DNA from: Camelus ferus
Lineage: Eukaryota
Assembly: GCF_009834535.1 (NCBI RefSeq)
Contig: NC_045707.1
Location: forward strand, 53,508,001-53,572,000
Direction: 5' to 3'
Length of the DNA stretch: 64,000 bases
Positions within the stretch are counted from its first letter, which is position 1. Each line of letters starts with the position of its first letter. A program made the position numbers and the translations under genes. The notes under the pieces are model-generated. The model did no database searches. It saw only the letters and a list, made by a program, of their open reading frames with translations, and was not told the DNA's origin. Positions 11,305 through 24,384 of the stretch are shown here, in pieces.

Positions 11305-12850
11305 GACATTTCAATTGTTCTACCTTTTGGGCCATTGTAAATAGTGCTGCTATGAATATTTGTATATAATTACTTTCATTCAAAAACCTGTTTTTAATAC
11401 GTCAGGGTCTATATCTAGGAGTGAAGTTGTTGAACCATAAGGTAACTGTATTTTTTTCTTTTTGAGGAAATGACAAACTGGACACATGGGCTGTACCATT
11501 TTCCAGTTTTTCAAGTAATGTTTAAAGGTTTCAATTTCTCTACATTTTTGTCAGTATTTGTTGCTTTTAGTTTTCTTGATTGTAGGGATTCTAGTGTACT
11601 TGAAAGGATACGGCATTTCATATTAATTTGCATTTCCATCACGACTGATTTTTAACATCTTTTCATGTGCTTGTTGACCATTTGTGTTGTCTGGAGAAGG
11701 GCCTATTTAAAAACTTTTTTTATCTAATTTTATTTATTGGTGTTTTTTCCTTTTTCATTTTTATTAGGTAGAAATATTACTGTTTGACTGCACATATACA
11801 TAATATTGCATGTAAATACATATATACAGTATTTTTTATTTTTTTAGTTTACATATAGAGAAGGGTCTATTTAAGACCTTTTACCATGTTAAAAATTGAG
11901 TTGTTTTGTCTATTTATGAGCTGTGAAAGTTCTTGATATGTTCTTGACAAAATTTTTTTCAAGTATATAATGTGCAAATATTTTCTTTGATTTTGTGTGC
12001 TGTGTTTTCAGTTTCTGGATGCATCTTTGATGTACAAAGGCCTTTAATGTTGAGGAAAGACAATTTATTTTTTTAAACATTTTTATATTGAGTTATAGTC
12101 ATTTTACAATGTTGTGTCAAATTCCAGTGTAGAGCACAGTTTTTCAGTTATACATGAACATACGTATATTCATTGTCACATTTTTTTTTTTTTTTTTTGC
12201 TGTGAGCTTTTTTCTTTCCTTGCTTGTGTTTGCTATCAGATCTAAGAAAATGATTAAATCCAAGGTCATGAAGACTTATCCCCATTGTTTCTTTGAGAGT
12301 TTATACAGCTTCCCTCCCTGTTTGTGAGGTATTAGTTCCAGGACACCCTGTGGATACTAAATATCTGTCGGTGATCAAATCCATCATATAAAATGGTGTA
12401 GTATTGGCAAATAATCTACGCAAATCTTCCTGTATACTTGAAATCATCTCTAGATCACTTATAATACCTAATACAATGTAAATGATATGTAAATAATTGT
12501 GAAGAAAATATAATGTTATTTCAATAGCTTCTGGCATGCCACAAATTCAAGTTTTTCTTTATGGAACTTTCTCAAATTATTATTATTTTTTATCTGAAGC
12601 TGGCTGATTCTGCAAATGTGGTATCAGCAGAAAAGGGCTGATTGTCACTTTACCACTCTTTAAATTAAAGGTTTTTAATGTATCTTGAGTTAATTTTGCT
12701 TGTGGTATGAAGCAAGGATCCAATTTCATTTCTCTTGGAAATGAAAAATTTTCACTGGATAGACAATTGCCTGGCAGCATTTGTTGAAAACAATTTTTTC
12801 CCCAATTTAGTGTTGCTCACTGTTGTAAAAAAAAAAAAAATCAGTTAGTA
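11305..12850 (-). repeat. Paralog of 3950-5140 (L1 + MER2), with an extra young L1 3' tip at ~12070-12210
   Basis: Colinear matches, e.g. AGTGAAGTTGTTGAACCATAAGGTAAC at 4066 and 11420, and a MER2 at the same relative position. Confidence 0.8.
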
Positions 12851-13448
12851 CATGTGTTTTTTCACTTTAGAGCGTTGCTCTGGATACATGCCCAGCAGTG
12901 GGATCTCAGACTTTTCTTGCTTCTGATCTAAACTGGAGGTCACTGTATAGAACCTACACTTCAGGAGAGGGGGCTTAACTCCACCTCCTTGATGGATGTC
13001 ATGGATTATTAGGAATTCTTCTGCATAGGAATTTTCTATTCAATCTCATTTATTAAAAAAACCCCTATATCATCATTTAACTTCACCATTGTGGACATCT
13101 GGACAGTTATTTTAATCTTTTGGTTATAATCCAGCACTGCAGATTTTGGTTGCTCAGTTTATTCCTGCTTTGGCTATTGAGAGTGACCTCTTTTCATTGG
13201 CTCCTGTTTCCTTTGAGATTATTCCATATTTTGGGTTTTCTTCCCCCCTGGTTCTTCCTTACTTTCTGATACAATATTCAACATTATCCTGGCTCATTTA
13301 CTGACTGTCTCAGTCCTAGTATAAGCCATTTCTTCAGAGTCCTGATTCCTTTTATTAGAGAATGGCATTAAGAACTTACATATGGGAGGAAAATGCTCTC
13401 AGCTGACAATGCAAGGAAGTGTGTGCATGTGTTCCCACCTTAGTGTAT

Positions 13449-13919
13449 TGTTGCTCAGGGAACACTGTCCCCCCCCCCCCCAATCTGCCACAACCACATA
13501 GTGTTTTAAATTGAAGTTACTTAGAAATGGCCAAAGCAAGAGGGACACTCTGACCCCCCCCATCTCCCTAAAAGCAGGAAATAAGTCTGTCACATGAAAG
13601 GTTTAGAAGCACATATAAACACAACTTGTGACTTCTGCAATTTACCACCCCAAGCCCTAACTCTGTTTAGACTCCTCATTAATTGAGTACCCAAAAGCTA
13701 CATTTCTTTGGGCTGTCAAGTCCTAACAAATTTTTAGTTTTCTAGATGTATAAAATCTGCCTGTTTTCACTACCTCTTACTTTGCATTTCTATGAGACTT
13801 TTGTGTGTAGGAATTAAAATTTCTTTTTCTCCTGTGGCTCTGTCTTGTGTTAGTTTTATTATTAGTCCAGCCACAAGAAGTCAAGAGGGAGAGAGATTGA
13901 AATTTCCCCCTTCCTAATA
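13449..13919 (+). mobile_element. ERV1-type solo LTR (MER34-like)
   Basis: 3' end TTTTTCTCCTGTGGCTCTGTCTTGTGTTAGTTTT...CCAGCCACAAGAAG...TTTCCCCCTTCCTAATA. Confidence 0.5.
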
Positions 13920-16474
13920 GTATACACTCCTAATTATAAAGATTTCTATGTGGAACTGTCTGTATTCATATTAAGCAGAAGACGGGTTTATAGTGATGCC
14001 TCCAACTTGATCCATTATCATATGGACAGTGTACATCTCCCCTCCTGCTTATCTGTAACTCCCAGTCAGACAGTAGAATCCTGGTTCCCACCCTCTTCCA
14101 TTCATTCAGTTCATTTCTCGTTGTACTCCAGAGGAGCGGTTTCAGCAGTCTTAGCTCCTACCTCTGTGGGGTGGATGGATCTCATAGATTCCACTGTTTA
14201 TGTGCAGTATGTTTTCCCTTTAGCCTACACATTCCGTTCATTCCTGCAGTTGCTGAGGCCAGCATCTTTTGCTCCACCAGCATCAGTGAGTGTTTTCATT
14301 TATTTCTAATACAGATTCTTTGTTACAGCCTGTATTCCATCCTGTGACACTTCTGCTTACTTGATCACTTAATTGACTTGTTTCTGTAATATTTCTGTAA
14401 GAAATGAAAATGTCCCTCAAAATGGCAACCTCTACTCAGTTTTCTGAGAGTCTTTTTTTTTTTTTTTAAATTACTCAGATTGTAGTAGTCATTAGGCTAG
14501 AGACCTATTTGGGGGGTGGCACATTCCGCTCCCCATGACATGAATGCACACTGCTTCACTTAGGAGTTCATCTACAGGCGGACACACTGATCACATGAAT
14601 GTCTAAGCCATTATGAATAGACCTCCTGTGCATTACTTGATGTTAGTTTTTGTTTGAACAGTTCTTCAAAGCAGATGTCTAAATTTAAGAGCTTTTTTTT
14701 TTTTTTGATTCGAAGTTGAGAATGTTAACTTTGGAAGAAACTGCCAAACTGTCTTTCAAAGTTGGCTATACTTGTATTCCACTAGGATCTTGAATATATT
14801 TTTGTATGATTATTTACTATCTGTATACCTTCTTTAGCTTGATGTTTGTTTCTATCTTTACCCATTTTTAATGGAGTTGTTTGTTCTAGATTTTATTGGT
14901 ATAATTTGAGTACAAATCCTTTATCAGATATGCATTTTGCAAATACTTTCTCCTAGTTTGTGGTTTCTCTTTTGCCTTTATGAGTAAGACCTTTCAAAGA
15001 GTAGAAGTTTATAGTTCTATAAAGTCCATGTTATTAATTTTGTGTTGATTTGTTGATAGGCATTTGTTGTTGTGAGTTAAAACTCATCACCAGACTCAAG
15101 GTCTTACAGATTTTCTCCCTTTTCCTTTTAAGACTTTTATAGTTTTGCCATTTAAATTTGTCTATGGGCAATCATGAGTGAATTTTGCTATGAGTTGTAG
15201 TTTGTGTCTATGTTCTTTTCATTCTATATGTTTTTTTTTTAAATTAATTGCTCCTTAACCAGCTTTTGAGACAACATAGTGAGTTATTTGGCTGTGTTTC
15301 AGTTTGAATTTCCAAAGGCACTATGTAGAGCAGAACTGCATTCAGGATGAGGTCTCTGGGCTTTGTGAGCTCAGCGTTCCCTGAACTTTTCTGATGGTCC
15401 ACAGTGGGGTGCCAAATCCACCTCTGACCCACAGGGCACAGGTGCATTCTGCCCATGGACTTGGCCCCTTGTACAGCCAGCAGGGGCTTGGACTCTTCAG
15501 GACTGTCAGGGCTTCATCTTCTAGACAGAGGGACTGTATCCATGCTGTCATGAGCTGAGTTTTCTTGGGCATTGCTGTGAAAAGGCACCGTAAGGAAAAA
15601 AAGACAAAGTGGGGAGAAGCTTCCTGTGTGCAGCTGACTGCTCAGGGGAGTTCTGTCTTCAGAGGAACCTCAGAAAGAGTTGATGTGGAAAACTGTGGGT
15701 TTTAGGTAGTTTTGTGTGCAATGCAGGTGGCGACTATTGATGTTCTTTGGTGCATGGTGTCCCATTTTCCTGGCAATGTTTATTTGGGGAGTGTCCTTCC
15801 CTTTTTGTATGTTCTTGGTCCCATTTTCATGAATTAACTGACCACAGCCATGTGGATTTATTTCTGGGCTCTTTATGCTGTTACCCTCGTCCGTGTGTCT
15901 GTGTTTGTGCCAGTTCCTCACTGTTGTGGTTACTACAGCTCCGTGATACAGTTTGATGCTAGGTAGGGAGATGTCTCCAGTTGTGTCCTTCTTTCTCAGC
16001 ACTTCTTTGGCTATTCAGGGTCCTTAGTTGTTCTATATTAATAATAAGATTGTTATTTCTATTTCAATGAATTGAGTATTATATTGATGTTGCAGTGAAT
16101 TTGTTGATATCTTTGGGTAGAATCATTAATTTAGTAATAGTAATTCTCCCAATTCAGGAGTACAGAATATTTTTCTGTTTATTTTTGTCTTCTTTAACTT
16201 CTTTTTCAATGGTTTATAGTTTTTTGAGCACAGGTCTTTCACATCCTTGGTTAAATTGTTCCTAGATATTTTGTTCTTTTTGATACAGTTATAAATGTGA
16301 TTGTTTCCTTAAATTTTCCTTCTAATGGGTTATTATTAGTGTATAGAAATGCAATTGATTTTTGTACATTAATTTCATATTGAACTTTACTGAATTTATT
16401 TATTTTAACAACTGTTTGTTAAGTGTTGTGGAAAATTGTAATTTTAAAATCTCACCATTTCTCCTGCATCCCAG

Positions 16475-16594
16475 GTCATGCAGAGGATCCAAGACTTGGT
16501 GGCTACTGGTATACTCATCCCACGGTGCCTCTTAATAACAAGTGGACTCCTACGAGGGCGATGAGCATCACAACTTTGGTTGGCCTCGGTCTGG
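16475..16594 (+). other. Candidate 120-nt internal exon within the duplicated unit
   Basis: Branch-like CTCAC at 16451, pyrimidine tract and CAG acceptor at 16472-16474, donor TGG|GTAAGT. Open in phase 1 (GHAEDPRLGGYWYTHPTVPLNNKWTPTRAMSITTLVGLGL). Confidence 0.4.
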
Positions 16595-17164
16595 GTAAGT
16601 TTTGGCCTCTATAACAAGGTTTAATGTCTGAGTTATCGACTTCTCTGCTGCGGTACTGATATGTTGTTTTGAAAAGTAATGAACTTTCCAGTAATTTCTA
16701 TGATGATAGAAACTACTCATAGTTGCCACTTTATACAAAATACTGTAGGGTGTTTTACCCAAAACAGGGATAGTCTCCTGAGGAGCCCACAGATGAAGAA
16801 GTCGTATGGCTTCCACATTATTACGTAATCCACTTGCCCACTTCAACTGTCACCACTTTGTCTAGCTGCTTGCTTTCTTTTTCTGGATTTGTTACTGAGA
16901 TTCTCTGATTTTGACAACCTTGATGGATTTAAAGGATACATGATGACCATGTGATCTGGGAGAACTTTTCTTTATGGCTTTTTTCACTAGGGATCTTTTC
17001 AGTGCTTATTAATGTTGTAAATTGTATCAGTCCTACATTCCAACATTATTTTCATTGTGATTAAAAATATGTAATATGACACTTTTAATTGAAATCATTT
17101 CAAGTACACATTTTTGTTGTATTAGCTGCTTTTACATAATTGTACAAACAAGTTCAATAACTTG

Positions 17165-17540
17165 TGTACCTACTTTAAGCCTGGGAGGTGCCCAGGAAAT
17201 TGAGTAATTCCCTGAAGCCCAAGACAAGACAGCACCTGCAATACGATCTTTATCTAATACCAGAAGAAAGGAAGGTTATGTTTATTATGTAGAGTTAAAT
17301 CTTAGCCTTCTCTATTGATAAGTTTTTTGAGGTTTATTTAGTCTTCCTTTTATTCCTGGTACAGAAGGGAAGATTACTTTTCAAATGGAAGATTTTCCTT
17401 ATAAATGTAAGTTTGCCTCACAAAAGGCAATCTTGACTTGGGTTTCATAGAGTCTCATTTGTCTTACTTTTTAAGAAACCTGCCCATTGTAATCTTCATG
17501 CCAAAGATGTATTTCAGGGTATCATTTGCCTTGCTTCACA
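17165..17540 (-). mobile_element. ERV1-type LTR fragment (MER34-like)
   Basis: TAAATGTAAGTTTGCCTCACAAAAGG...AATCTTCATGCCAAAG...CTTCACA. Confidence 0.45.
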
Positions 17541-18369
17541 TGGGTATACCCCAATTTTCTTATGTATTCATGCATGGAAGGATATCCTCATATTTTAAAG
17601 ATTTTAGGCATTATGAGTAGAGTTGTTGTGCATAATTGCAGGCTAGGTTTTGTTTGGACACTTTCAAAGCAGTTGTCTAAATACTAGAGGCACACTGTTG
17701 GGTTCTCAGGTGAACTTTGGCTAGCTTTGGAAAAAACTGCCAAACTTTCTTTCAAAGTAGCCACACATGCATTCCACCTGCAGTGAGGGTGAGTTCCTGT
17801 TTTGTTTTGTTTTTCATCTTCCATCAATCACAAGTAATGTCTTTTTTTTTTTTTTTTGAGTTTAGTGGTTCTAATAAGCGTGCAGTGTTATATCATCATT
17901 GTTTTAATTTGCAACTCCCGAATGGTATATGATTTTTAGAATATTTTTATATGCTTATTTACTATCTGTGTATTTTCTTTGGAGAGATGTTTGTTAAGAT
18001 CTTTACCTATTTTTATTGGGGTTGTTTGTTGTAAAGTTCTTGGTGTAATTTGAGTCTAAACCCTCAATCAGTTATGTGTTTTGTAAATTTATTGTTCTCA
18101 GTATGTGTCTTGTCTTTAGATTTTCTGAATAAGGTCATAAACGAGTTAAATTTTTAATTTTTTAAATTCCATGATATATATTTTACTTCTGTGGATAGAC
18201 TTGGGGATTTTTGTAAAAGTTCATCACCTAGACAAGGTTATGTAGATTTTCTTACATGTTTCTTTTAGAATATTTACAGATGTGCATTTCATAATTATCT
18301 ATGGACAATTTAGAGTACATTTTGGTGTAAGTGGTAAAAACTGAGTTGTTGTGGCCTGCAGCTCCCAGC

Positions 18370-18388
18370 TGGCCAGCAGGTGGCACCA
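18370..18388 (+). promoter_or_regulatory. Strong CTCF core motif
   Basis: TGGCCAGCAGGTGGCACCA versus canonical TGGCCACCAGGGGGCGCTA. Decayed paralog at ~15396-15414. Confidence 0.6.
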
Positions 18389-21010
18389 CACCTGTTCTGT
18401 GACCCTCAGGGTGCATGTGTCTCGCTGAGGGACTTGGCTCCTGTGGGAACTTGGCTCCTTGCTGGGCTGGTGGAGGCTGGGTCTCTTCAGGACCCACCGT
18501 GGTTTCAGCTTCAGGACAACACTTGACCAACCAAGTCCACACAGACAGGAGGCAGATGTCTTCAGGAATCACCAGGAGGCATCACTGTGGGAATAAAAGG
18601 TGAGGAAAGTGGGCAGAGGCTTCCTGTGTGAGGATTACAGCTAAGGGTTTCCATTTTCAGAGGACCCAGCAGAGGAGGGGCTTGATGTGGAAAAATTTGG
18701 AATTTACTTAATTTTGTGTTTAGTATTGAGAGTGTCTAGTGTCATTTTTGGGGGTATGGTGCCCAATGTTATTGGCACCATTTATTGAGGAGACTGTCCT
18801 TTTCCCATTTTGTGTTCTTGGCTCTTTTGCCATGAATTAACTGACAACATAAAGATGGGTTTATTTCTGTGCTCCCTATTCTGTTCCTCTGGTCCGTATA
18901 CCTATTTTTGTGCCAATATCTTGCTGTATCTCTACTGGAGACTGTAGTTTCCTAACGTAGTATGAAGTCAGGGAGGGAGACACCTCCAACTGTGTTCTCC
19001 CTTCTCAAGATTGCTTAGGCTATTCCAGGTTCTTTTTTGTTCCATACAAATGGTAGTATTTCTTGTTTTTTGTTTCTGTGGGAAAAAAAGCCATTTGAAT
19101 TTTGTACAGTTTGCAATTAATGTGTACACTGCTTAGGCTTCATGAATGTTATAGTAGTGTTCTTCTAGTGCATGAGCACAACTTTTATTTTGTGTGTGTC
19201 CTCTTCAATTTCTTTTCAGTGTTTTATAACTTTCCATGTGCAGGCCTTTCACATCTTTGGTTGATTTTATTCCTAGGTATTTTTTAAAAAATTTTGGAGC
19301 AATTGTTAAATGGGATTGCTTTATTAATTTCTCTTTCTGAAACGTCTTTATTAGTGTACAGAAAGTAAGTTGACTTTTGTGTATTGATATTGTATCATGC
19401 AGCTTTACTGAAGTTATTTATTACTTTTTAAAAGGTTTTTTTTGTTGGTATTTTGATGTGGAAAAGTAGAATTCAAAATTGCCACTGTTTTTTTTTTTTA
19501 TCATATCCAAGTCATTTACAACACCCAAGACACAGTGGCTTATGATGTTATCTTATGGTGCCTCTTAATAATTTGTAGATTTCTGCAAGAGTGATTAGCT
19601 TAACCATTTTGGATCAACTGGAACTGGAGAAGGCTTGGGCTCTATAGTGAAGTTTGATGTTTTCTCTGCTTTTCTGTAATGATTTTGACATGGTTGATTT
19701 AAAATTACTTACTTTCCAATAATTTTAAACTTACAGAAAATGTGCAGTAGCATTGCAGTGTGCTCAGGTTTCTCTCTCATCATTGATGTAGCACATATGC
19801 CACTTCTCATGTGTGTTTTTACCTCAAGTAGAGACAATCTCAGTGAGTCACCATGTCACATCCAAATGAGGATTCATTATGGTTTTCACTTCATAATGCA
19901 GACCACAGACTCAGTTCCACTGTCAGCACCTGCTCCAGCTGTATGGCAATGGGTTTTCCCATTCCGATACAGTGTTTTGTTTTGTTTTTTTTCCCCTGGA
20001 ACTGTTCTTGAGACTTTCCCTTATTTTCACAACTTTGATCAAATTAAAGGGCACAAGATGTGTATGATATAGGTGGCCTTTTCTGTATGGCTTCTTTTTC
20101 TTAGGATGTTTTCATTGTTCATCCATGTTGTAACAAATATCAGTACATAATATTTTTCATTGTGATTAAATCTATTCCTATAACATTTACCATTTAAACT
20201 GCTTTAAGTATATAGTCTCATAACATTTATGTCATATAGTTTTGGGATATTAACTACATTTGCATTGTTGTAGAAATATTCTCAGCATTCATCTCCATTA
20301 CTTTTTCAGTTTCCCCAAGTGAAACTTTATCCATTAGACACTAACTCCTAACTCCCTGGCAAGTACATTGTAGTTTTTGTTATTGAATTAGACTTATACA
20401 GAAACCTCATCTTAGTAGAATCATAGAGTGTTTGTCCTTTTTTGGTTTGGTTTGTTTCCCTTGAATGACATCAAGTTTCATCCACATTGTAGTATGTGTC
20501 AGAATTACCTTTGTTTTAAAGGCTGAATCCTACTTAATTGTGTATATACTACATTTTGTATATGGAATCATCCATCTGTGGACACTTGGGTTGCTTACAT
20601 CTTTTGGCCAGTGTGAGTAGTGCTGGTATGAACATGACTGTAGAAGTATGTTTTTCAGTCCCTGCTTTCAAACCTTTTGGGTTTATACCCTGAAGTTGAA
20701 TTAACAGATGATACGTTAGCTCTATGTTTAAGTTTTTGAGGAACCGCCATACTGTTTTCCACAGTGGCTGCACCATTTTACAGTATTTCTTTCATTGGCA
20801 GAATTATATGAAAGTTTATGGATCCACAGTATTTTGCATATCCATTCATCCACTGATGGACATTTGAATAGTTTCTACCTTTGGGCTATTTCAAATAATG
20901 CTGCCATTACTATTAGTGTAGTGTACCATTTTTTTTTATTTGAACACCTGTTCTAAATTTTTTGTCATATATGCATATATATGAGGGAAGTTGCTGAACC
21001 AAGTGATAGT

Positions 21011-21595
21011 TGTTGGGGGAATGCTGTGATTCAGTTATGGTCATCAGAGACCTTAACACAGTCAAGTAACCTGTAGCTGTTTAAATTGAATACTATTTAC
21101 CAACATCATTGACCATCATAATGTGTAATTGAGTCAGTGGTCACAGGACATTGAAAAATTATACATACATGTCCACATGAAAATCAGTAAATAGCTTGCT
21201 TTATCAACCCCCTACCTACTGCTTAATCTCATACTTTGTCCTTATTACCTTGCCAACACCCCCAAAAAAGGTAAAGGATATAACTATGTAAGATTCAACT
21301 AACTCATCTAACAAACATACTGCCCTTACTTCATCAATCCAGTTAGTATGACTACAAAGTAGCCTTTTAACTCTGTCAGTCAACTGTTTAGATATATAAG
21401 GCTTATATCGATAGGCATACCCCTAGATCTGCTATTTACTTTGAGCAAAATAAAAAATACAGTACATTGTAATAGCCTCCAAAAACAATATTATATATTT
21501 TAATACTAATTTTCACACAATGTGGACTACTATACCAAATACCAAGATATCAGTTAAATACATAAATCTTATATGTAGAAAATCCTACTCAACCT
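21011..21595 (+). pseudogene. NUMT control region, 3' half (CSB1-3)
   Basis: GGGAATGCTGTGATTCAGTTATGG, CSB1-like GAGTCAGTGGTCACAGGACAT (~21131), CSB2-like CAACCCCCTACC (~21205), CSB3-like TGCCAACACCCCCAAAAAAG (~21251). Confidence 0.75.
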
Positions 21596-21664
21596 GCTGA
21601 TGTAGCTTAATAATTAAAGCAAGGCACTGAAAATGCCTCAATGAGTTTACTAACTCCATAAACA
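21596..21664 (+). pseudogene. NUMT tRNA-Phe
   Basis: GCTGATGTAGCTTAA...AAAGCAAGGCACTGAAAATGCC...CTCCATAAACA, anticodon GAA. Confidence 0.9.
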
Positions 21665-22636
21665 TATAGATTTTGTTCCAGCCTTTCTAATAACTTGTAA
21701 TAAAATTACACATGCAAGTTTCTGCATTCCTGTGAGAATGCCCTCTAAATCTTTTAAAAGAATAAAATGAGCAAATATCAAGCAGCCTAGAAGTATCTTT
21801 CAATGCCTCACTGAACCATGCCCCTATGGGAAATGGCAATGATAAAAATTGAGCTTAACTAGGTTATCATAAGTAATTATGGTTGGTAAATTTTCATGCC
21901 AGACACCACTGTCATAACATGAACCTCAAATAATAGAAAGTCAGTGTGACAGGTGCTAAGAGTATTGCAAGATAAAGTTAAGTCCTAGCTAAGGTGTGCA
22001 AAGCCATAGCTAAAGTGAAAATAAGCTACTAAAATGACTTTAACATTCCTTATTGCAGGTTAGTAAAGATTCAAAGTAGTGTCCATGTGTTAGTATGGAG
22101 GTAGATATCCAACTATACTTATCTTTAAATCAAAATAAAATAATTATAACAAAATTATTGGCCAGATGAATACTAGCATAATACAAAAAACTAAAAGAAT
22201 TTGTGGCGCTTCCTATGGTGTTTATAATCCATAAACTCTGATAAACCTCACCACTCTCACCATGAACACAGTCTGTATGTCTATGTACCAGCATCTTCAG
22301 CAAACCCCCAAAAGAAGCAATAGTAATCATAATAATCAGATATAAAAATGTTAGGTCTAGGTGTAACCTATGAGGTGGGAAGACAAGGGTTTTATTTTCT
22401 ACCTTGAGTACAAAATAATATATACAAAATTGTGATGAAATACCAAAGAGAACTTAGTTGTAAATTAAGAGTGCCTAATACAATCAGGCCATGAAGCAGG
22501 CACACTCAGCTCATGACCCTCCTCAAATAGTGGTAACTTTTCATAACCCATTAACAAGTAGTAGATATTAAAGAGGGGAGGAATCAGGGGAGGAATCATT
22601 ACAAGTTGGGCACCTGGAAAGTGTGCTTGGATATAT
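21665..22636 (+). pseudogene. NUMT 12S rRNA
   Basis: AAAATTACACATGCAAG, TGGTTGGTAAATTT, CATCTTCAGCAAACCC, CTGGAAAGTGTGCTTGGA. Confidence 0.92.
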
Positions 22637-22705
22637 CAAAGTATAGTTTAAAGAAAAGCACCCTAGTTTATACCCAGTAGATTCCATACTTCATGAAAAA
22701 TTTGA
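22637..22705 (+). pseudogene. NUMT tRNA-Val
   Basis: CAAAGTATAGTTTAA...AAAGCACCCTAGTTTATACCCAG between 12S and 16S. Confidence 0.8.
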
Positions 22706-24307
22706 GCTAAAACTAGCCCAGGCTTCCTACCAAATTTAACTGTCGTAAGTAAATTAAAGATTTCGTTTAACATCTAATGTATAGAAGATAGACATTTAAA
22801 TCTGGTAGTATAAATTACCATTAGGGAATGATGAAATAAGTTAAATACCTTGAACCCAGATGAGGTACTTATGAACAGTTTAGTGGAACAAACTCATGTA
22901 TATGTAAAATAGAAGACTCATGAGTAGACGTAGTAAACCTAACAAGGCTGCTGATAGCAGGTTGTTCAGAAAAGAATTTTAGTTGAGTTTTAATTATTAA
23001 TTAAGAATATAACTTTTAATATAATGTTTAATGTTTTTAAAAAAGGTACTGGTTTTTAAATACAGGGTAAAAACTCTAGAGAACAAGTATAAACAATGTT
23101 GTAGTTGGCTTAAAAACAGCCACTCATTAAGAAAGTATTCAAGGTTGGGGAAGGTATAGCTCAGTGGTAGAGTGTGTGTGTGGCATGCACAAGGTCCTGG
23201 GTTCAATCCCCAGGACCTCCATTAAATAAATAAATAAACCTACACTTGCCACCCCCCACCAAAAAGGGCAAGTATTCAAGGTCAAGAACTCATTCATCAC
23301 AATACCAATAGCGAAAACAAACAAACAAACAACCCCCCCCAAAACAAAGAAAACCCTCATGATTTAATACCAGACTAATCTATTAATTAGTAAAAGCAAT
23401 ACTCTTCACATGGGCAGCAAGAAATATTTGTCCTTGCATAAACTTATATCAGAATGAATAAGTTACTGACAGTTTACAGTAAAATAAACCCTAATCAATA
23501 TTTAATTATTTATAAAAACAATTCTTAATCTAACACAGGTATGAATTTCTAGGAAAGATTTTTTAAAAAGTAAAAGGAACTTGGCAACCACAAGTCCTGC
23601 CTGTTTACCAGGAAGATTACCTCTGGCACTTCTAGTCTTAGAGGCACTGCCTGACCATGGACGTATTTAATGGCCATGGTTTCCTGACCCTGCCAAGGTG
23701 GCATAATCATTCATTTTCCAAATAAGGAGTTGGGGGAAGGTTTTAGTATCTCTTCATCAGTGAAATCGACCTTCCCAATAAGAGGTGGGAGCCGTATAAA
23801 ATGAGAAGACCCTATGGTGCTTTAAGCAGTTTAACCTATAAAGTAAATAACTGACTATTAAGGGATAACACAATTTTTAATGGCTTAAAAAATTGGTTGT
23901 GGTGGCCCCAGTGAATAAAACAAACTCCAAACTCCAAGTGATTAAAACTTAGACAGCTATTGAAAATGCTGCAGCATGTATTGATCCAATACATTGATTA
24001 ACAGAACAAGGCACTCTAGGGATAACAGTTCAGTTCAAGTTTAGAGTTCATTTCGACAATAGGGTTTATAGCCTCGAAATTGGATCCCAATATTGTAACT
24101 GCTGTAAATGGTTCATTCAATGATTAAAGTTCTGTGAGATGTGAGTTCAGACTGGAGTAATCCCTATTGGTTTCTATTTATTATACATTTGTCGCAGTAT
24201 GAGAGGACAAGAGAATTAAGGGTCACTTTATAAAAGCACCTTCAAATTAATTGGTGATACAATATAATTTAAATAATTTATACATACCCTACTGTGGAAC
24301 ATGGTTT
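22706..24307 (+). pseudogene. NUMT 16S rRNA (interrupted by SINE, internal deletions)
   Basis: CTAGCCCA, AAAAGGAACTTGGC, GCCTGTTTACCA, GAGAAGACCCTATGG, CTAGGGATAACAG, GAGTTCAGACTGGAGTAATCC. Confidence 0.92.
23146..23269 (+). mobile_element. tRNA-derived camelid-type SINE (Vic-1-like) inserted in NUMT 16S, 13-bp TSD
   Basis: A box TAGCTCAGTGG, B box GGTTCAATCCC, TSD AAGTATTCAAGGT at 23133-23145 and 23270-23282. Confidence 0.9.
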
Positions 24308-24382
24308 GTTAGTGTAGCAGAACTCAGCAATTGCATCAAACCAAAACCTTTATTTCCTGGAGTCTAAGTCCTCTTCCTAAGA
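24308..24382 (+). pseudogene. NUMT tRNA-Leu(UUR)
   Basis: GTTAGTGTAGCAGAACTCAGCAATTGCAT...TCCTCTTCCTAA between 16S and ND1. Confidence 0.75.
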
Positions 24383-24384
24383 AC

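Larger units (their letters stand above)
14560..21010 (+). repeat. Ancient ~3-kb tandem duplication (units ~14560-17540 and ~17540-21010), paralogous to 1845-4090
   Basis: Shared anchors with ~3.0-kb offset: GAATTAACTGAC at 1892/15831/18834, GTGCCTCT at 2645/16525/19558, GCTTCCTGTGTG at 15619/18619, TTGATGTGGAAAA at 15680/18682. Confidence 0.8.

Noticed and set aside
23146..23220. Functional tRNA gene (also 37023 and 40404)
   Set aside because: A/B boxes are followed by a SINE tail and TSD, so these are SINEs.
23715..23790. Humanin-like ORF in NUMT 16S
   Set aside because: Start region is deleted or mutated; only the TCAGTGAAATCGACCTTCCC remnant remains.
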